The position numbers were made by a program, and so were the translations under genes. A DNA stretch of 20,000 nucleotides, from positions 57,998 to 77,997 of the IMG/VR virus record IMGVR_UViG_3300027668_000012. One strand, written 5' to 3'. Source of the stretch: an uncultured virus (IMG/VR IMGVR_UViG_3300027668_000012) (lineage: Duplodnaviria; Heunggongvirae; Uroviricota; Caudoviricetes). This document shows, one piece after another, positions 16,570-20,000 of this stretch. The notes under the pieces are model-generated. The model worked only from the letters and a program-made list of their open reading frames with translations. It ran no database searches and was not told the DNA's origin. The stretch's first letter is position 1; each line of letters begins with the position of its first letter.

Positions 16570-16839
16570 ATGTTTAGAATTCCTAATTTTTATCAAGACG
16601 AAGTTTCCTTCCAAGAGGGTTGGGATACTATGACACGACATGGTCGAGGCGATACTCTTGAAGGTATGAACGCAATGCAGAACGCTTGGGATGAATACAT
16701 CGCAAGTCAAAATGATTTGTTCAACGGCAAAGTAGCTGTTGTAGCTTTTGAAGATGATGATGAATTCTTTGATCACTATAGCGGTGAAGTTAATGCCTAC
16801 AACGCCGTGTTCTCAAACATGCAACCAATGTTCGCTTAA
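16570..16839 (+). CDS. Acidic hypothetical protein
   Basis: 89-aa ORF after the repeated leader. Confidence 0.7.
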   Translation: MFRIPNFYQDEVSFQEGWDTMTRHGRGDTLEGMNAMQNAWDEYIASQNDLFNGKVAVVAFEDDDEFFDHYSGEVNAYNAVFSNMQPMFA

Positions 16840-16852
16840 AGGAGATATTGTA

Positions 16853-17020
16853 ATGGTAATAAGAAACTTAAATATGACACAAAATTTGGGTTATGTATTA
16901 ACTCCTGCACCTGAAGTATCAGAAGATTTTAAATTAGGATTGCTACGTATTGAAGCTGAAAACGCAAAGATTTATGCTGAAGAATATGGTGATGAAATTT
17001 GTGTGGAAGTTGACAAATGA
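16853..17020 (+). CDS. Small hypothetical protein (55 aa)
   Basis: AAGGAGA SD 16839-16845 supports ATG 16853; ATGA-coupled to the hydrolase. Confidence 0.6.
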   Translation: MVIRNLNMTQNLGYVLTPAPEVSEDFKLGLLRIEAENAKIYAEEYGDEICVEVDK

Positions 17021-17466
17021 ATACAGTAGTTTTAATGGCGTTATTGGCACAAGATCCAGAAGGTATGGAGTGCCTAGCCAAAAACATATATTTCGAATCT
17101 CGTAATCAATCACATTTAGGTCAAATGGCAGTCGCCCATGTGACTATTAATCGTGTATTAGATAAGCGTTATCCAGATACAGTTTGTAAAGTTGTACATC
17201 AAGGATTGAAGCATAGCAGTGGTGCAATGAAACGTCATAGGTGTCAGTTCTCTTGGTATTGTGACGGACTCACAGACGTCCCTAAGAACATTGATTTATG
17301 GTTTCAGTCACACATGGTGGCTTTAGACTCTATTGACCTTTACGAACAGTTTGATGTTTCAGAAGGTTCGACACATTATCACACAACAGGCGTGTATCCT
17401 AATTGGGCACCGACACTTGATGAAAAAGTTCGTATTGACGATCACATCTTTTATCGTTGGAACTAA
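17017..17466 (+). CDS. Cell wall hydrolase, SleB/CwlJ (Hydrolase_2) family
   Basis: CLAKNIYFESR (catalytic Glu), GQMAVA.V..NRV, YPDTVC.VV.Q, CQFSWYCDG, GSTHYH, PNWA, IDDHIFY. Confidence 0.92.
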   Translation: MNTVVLMALLAQDPEGMECLAKNIYFESRNQSHLGQMAVAHVTINRVLDKRYPDTVCKVVHQGLKHSSGAMKRHRCQFSWYCDGLTDVPKNIDLWFQSHMVALDSIDLYEQFDVSEGSTHYHTTGVYPNWAPTLDEKVRIDDHIFYRWN

Positions 17467-18560
17467 ACACCTAGATCATTAATACCAACATCACCTCTTG
17501 CAGGGAAGTAGTCAGTCATATGACCTTCCCTGTAAAGGTCTAGTGTAAGACAATGTAGTCCACCATCAAAGAAGTATCTGTGTCGCCAAGGTACGTGGAT
17601 AGGTTCCATTTTATGCTTTTTAAGATAAGCATTCACTTTTGGGTTCATGTTGTTTACACAAACGTGATGCTCATCTAGCACAAGACAGTTAACGTCAAAT
17701 ACAGTTTCTTCTGTATACCCTACCCAACCATTAAGCCAACTTTCGACAAACATTGTAAACTCGTCGTTGTCTTCTTCTCCAGGCACCCACCATTTACCTA
17801 GTACCTTTTTTTTCATTTTTAAAAAGCCGTTGACCTTTTCCCAACTTTGCTCAGGTAAATATAAAAGATCCCAATCAGGAAATGTCTTATCATAAAATTG
17901 TATATCTTCTAGGCTTATAATCACTCCTGGCTTTAACGTATGAAAAACTCCGTCATTATGACCACCTATTTTAAGATAGTTTAATCTAATATCTTTTGTA
18001 GACTTCAGGAGTTCTTGCTGTTGCCATGGACGAATAGGTGTATCATTTGTATCAATGTAAAGATCACGTCCAACCATAGTATATTGAGGTGCGTGTATAA
18101 CTTCTTTTTTAAACCCATCCAGACGACGACCTGAAACACTATCGACTCTTAAATCAACGACGTCAGTGTTGTTATATTTTTTTAATAACTTACCCCAAGG
18201 ATCGTTGGTTTCAATATCTGTGTAAACAATATTGTTACCAACTACAAGTTGTGCATCTCTAGGACACAAGGGTGGCCTAGGCACACCTCCTCTTCCCATA
18301 CGCATTCTACCTTTTTGATCTACGTGGTTCATAATATTATCATTTGTATCTATTTCAGGACGTAATACAGTGCAACCAAAATCTTTTAATACATTAGAAT
18401 AATTTTCTAAGTCTTCTTGACACTCATCTGCAATTCTATAGAAACAATCCCTAGTGTCCTTACTCTTAATATCCTTGTAGAATTCTTTGTTATAAGTATC
18501 ACCAAGGACAACTGTTTTTAATTTGTCCCATTTGTTCCAAATATTGTATTGATTTTTCAT
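17463..18560 (-). CDS. Amidinotransferase (pentein superfamily; glycine/scyllo-inosamine amidinotransferase-like)
   Basis: W..LKTVVLG, V.RP, PLCPRD, HNDG (catalytic His), FDVNCL, DGGLHCLTLDL (catalytic Cys). Reverse-strand GAGG SD favours the start at 18560 rather than 18584. Confidence 0.85.
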   Translation of the reverse strand: MKNQYNIWNKWDKLKTVVLGDTYNKEFYKDIKSKDTRDCFYRIADECQEDLENYSNVLKDFGCTVLRPEIDTNDNIMNHVDQKGRMRMGRGGVPRPPLCPRDAQLVVGNNIVYTDIETNDPWGKLLKKYNNTDVVDLRVDSVSGRRLDGFKKEVIHAPQYTMVGRDLYIDTNDTPIRPWQQQELLKSTKDIRLNYLKIGGHNDGVFHTLKPGVIISLEDIQFYDKTFPDWDLLYLPEQSWEKVNGFLKMKKKVLGKWWVPGEEDNDEFTMFVESWLNGWVGYTEETVFDVNCLVLDEHHVCVNNMNPKVNAYLKKHKMEPIHVPWRHRYFFDGGLHCLTLDLYREGHMTDYFPARGDVGINDLGV

Positions 18561-18571
18561 AAGGTGCCTCA

Positions 18572-19003
18572 ATGATCTTTTCACGTATAGACTTATCTAT
18601 GTCATACTATGACGTGTGTTTAGATTACAAATTTATTAGTGATGTCCATAATAAGATACCACAGCTTAATAGTATATATACAAAATATTGTAAGTATAAA
18701 AAGTTTCAAAGTCATATGCCTATTTTTGATACTGAATATCTTGATCCGTTACATGACATAATTGGATACTATGATAATGAAAAGTTAATTGCATTTAGTA
18801 TAATACGTAAGCACAGCACTTCTGATGCAGAAGCGATTCAATTTGCGTGGAATTATGAGAAACCATCTTTAAGTATTGGAGCTAAAAGTCTTTTTACAGA
18901 ATGTGCCTTGTATAAAGAGAGTGGATATGATTACTTATGGTTAGGTGAAAATCAACCATATAAAAGCAAATTTGATGGATATGAAGAAATGGGACCTCTA
19001 TAA
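18572..19003 (+). CDS. Arginyl/leucyl-tRNA-protein transferase C-terminal (ATE_C, GNAT-like) single-domain protein
   Basis: IY.KYC..K, GYYD..KLIAFS, FAWNYE.P.LSIG..SL..EC...K..GY.YLWLG resembles the ATE1/Bpt C-domain 'LSLG..S...EI......G..Y.YLG'. Confidence 0.55.
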   Translation: MIFSRIDLSMSYYDVCLDYKFISDVHNKIPQLNSIYTKYCKYKKFQSHMPIFDTEYLDPLHDIIGYYDNEKLIAFSIIRKHSTSDAEAIQFAWNYEKPSLSIGAKSLFTECALYKESGYDYLWLGENQPYKSKFDGYEEMGPL

Positions 19004-19332
19004 TGGATGTATATACAATTTACGCAGATCACAAAGAAGGTGTAAACGCACACTGGTTTGTAGCTGAAATGAAAAAGTTTTTAAGTAAGATGGAAAAAAA
19101 CGGAGCGATTGAAAGTTTTCGTATCACTCGAATGAAGCTAGGCTTTAGGTCTATGGACTTGCCAGAGTTTCGCATTGATATGGAATTTAAAGGCTTACAA
19201 CAATTAGATGATGCTATGACAAATGTGATACGTAATGACGATGATATAGAGAAAGAGCATAAAGGTTTCAATCATCTTGTCGATGTAGAAACGATTCAAC
19301 ACTTCTTATATAGAGACTTCCCTGATGATTAA
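19003..19332 (+). CDS. DUF6614-like (dimeric alpha/beta barrel-like) protein
   Basis: G.IE.FRITR.KLGF, EF.I..EF..L.QLD.A, LYRDFPD resemble alphaproteobacterial DUF6614 from memory; TAATG coupling. Confidence 0.5.
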   Translation: MDVYTIYADHKEGVNAHWFVAEMKKFLSKMEKNGAIESFRITRMKLGFRSMDLPEFRIDMEFKGLQQLDDAMTNVIRNDDDIEKEHKGFNHLVDVETIQHFLYRDFPDD

Positions 19333-19834
19333 CGAAATGATGGAACTCGAAGAAGACGTATCAGATTGGATAAAAACCTTTGTGAGCCAACCTAACCAGT
19401 CTTTGGGATACGAACCTTGTCCATATGCACAAGCTGCATTAGACAAAGGTAAAATACATTGGTGTTATGTTGAGCATAAAAAGGACATAGCAGTTCAACT
19501 ATATCAATACGCAACATTCAATAAACAGTTTTGGGATAGGATAGAAGTTATCGTAATAGGGATAAAGCCTGATATGATAACAGCCAAAGAACTAGAACAA
19601 GAAGTTGATGAAATGAATACACAAGAGTTATTACCAAGAGGTTTTATAGCTTTGCCAGATCATCCTGACGATAAAGAAATTATCAATGGCGTTGAAATGA
19701 ACCAAGGTAAGTGGGCATTAATACTTTTACAGTCAAAAGATAAGTTAAACCTAGCAAGTCGTAAGTTAGACAGGCTAGGTTATTATGATAGTTGGTCTGA
19801 GTCTAATAAAGAGGATGTTTTTAAAGGGCGATAA
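19325..19834 (+). CDS. DUF1415-like conserved phage hypothetical protein
   Basis: W...FV...N..LG..PCPYA..A, HPD, L.LLQ...KLN.AS..L...GYYD.W. Confidence 0.5.
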   Translation: MINEMMELEEDVSDWIKTFVSQPNQSLGYEPCPYAQAALDKGKIHWCYVEHKKDIAVQLYQYATFNKQFWDRIEVIVIGIKPDMITAKELEQEVDEMNTQELLPRGFIALPDHPDDKEIINGVEMNQGKWALILLQSKDKLNLASRKLDRLGYYDSWSESNKEDVFKGR

Positions 19835-19968
19835 ACTGTAGGTTTCCACCCTTTGTTATCGACTATCATTTGCATCTTTACAGGATTATTCCATACACCT
19901 TCTTGGTGACGACTTTTTACTTTATTACTCATTCTTAAATTGAGTGCCATTGTACTTTTGTAAGTCAT
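19783..19968 (-). CDS. Small basic hypothetical protein (61 aa)
   Basis: Reverse-strand GGAG SD upstream; TAATG coupling to an upstream minus-strand frame; converges on and overlaps the DUF1415-like gene. Confidence 0.5.
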   Translation of the reverse strand: MTYKSTMALNLRMSNKVKSRHQEGVWNNPVKMQMIVDNKGWKPTVYRPLKTSSLLDSDQLS

Positions 19969-20000
19969 TAATAATCTCCATTAGCTATATCAAATAGATT
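19968..20000 (-). CDS. 3' end of a minus-strand gene entering from beyond the window
   Basis: Frame reads ...NLFDIANGDY*, with the stop overlapping the ATG of the 19968 ORF; only 11 codons visible. Confidence 0.35.
   Translation of the reverse strand, partial: NLFDIANGDY

Noticed and set aside
17010..17040. TTGACA near the SleB start
   Set aside because: No acceptable -10 at 16-18 bp, and it would start inside the gene
17463..18560. Amidinotransferase as an archaeosine (dG+) DNA-modification enzyme
   Set aside because: It is pentein-fold, not ArcS/QueF-like/Gat-QueC, and no folE/queCDE/dpdA genes are in the window
15544..19271. Minus-strand ORFs 15544, 15696, 16043, 16492 and 19029
   Set aside because: Antisense to SD-supported plus-strand genes that tile the region
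1..20000. tRNA or rRNA genes
   Set aside because: Intergenic gaps are short and show no cloverleaf/T-loop pattern by eye; tRNAscan-SE would confirm

Overview
AT-rich window from a T4-like (Tevenvirinae/Kyanoviridae-style) myophage, probably marine and probably infecting an alphaproteobacterium (inferred). 1-14 kb is the replication module: clamp loader gp44/gp62, RegA, B-family DNA polymerase gp43, UvsX, gp41 helicase and ThyX. Accessory genes are interleaved: a JmjC/cupin protein, Hsp20, a DUF1127 protein, a Mom-like DNA-modification enzyme, a PrimPol-like protein, a cytidylyltransferase, a PD-(D/E)XK exonuclease, a short UDP-glucose dehydrogenase and a 2OG-Fe(II)-like protein. 15-17 kb is a run of small early-type ORFs behind three repeated promoter/leader units, followed by a SleB-like hydrolase. 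17.5-20 kb is an opposite-strand amidinotransferase set back-to-back with an Arg-tRNA-protein-transferase-like gene and two DUF-like genes. The most notable signals are: (i) a ROSE-type RNA thermometer on the hsp20-DUF1127 operon; (ii) repeated TTGACA promoters lacking the -7T, two of which carry a GcrA/CcrM-type YGAKTCG site in the spacer; (iii) the divergent arginine-chemistry cassette with an 11-bp intergenic gap carrying SD-like sequences on both strands; (iv) candidate DNA-modification genes flanking the polymerase. All protein calls are by motif recognition by eye; no database searches were run.
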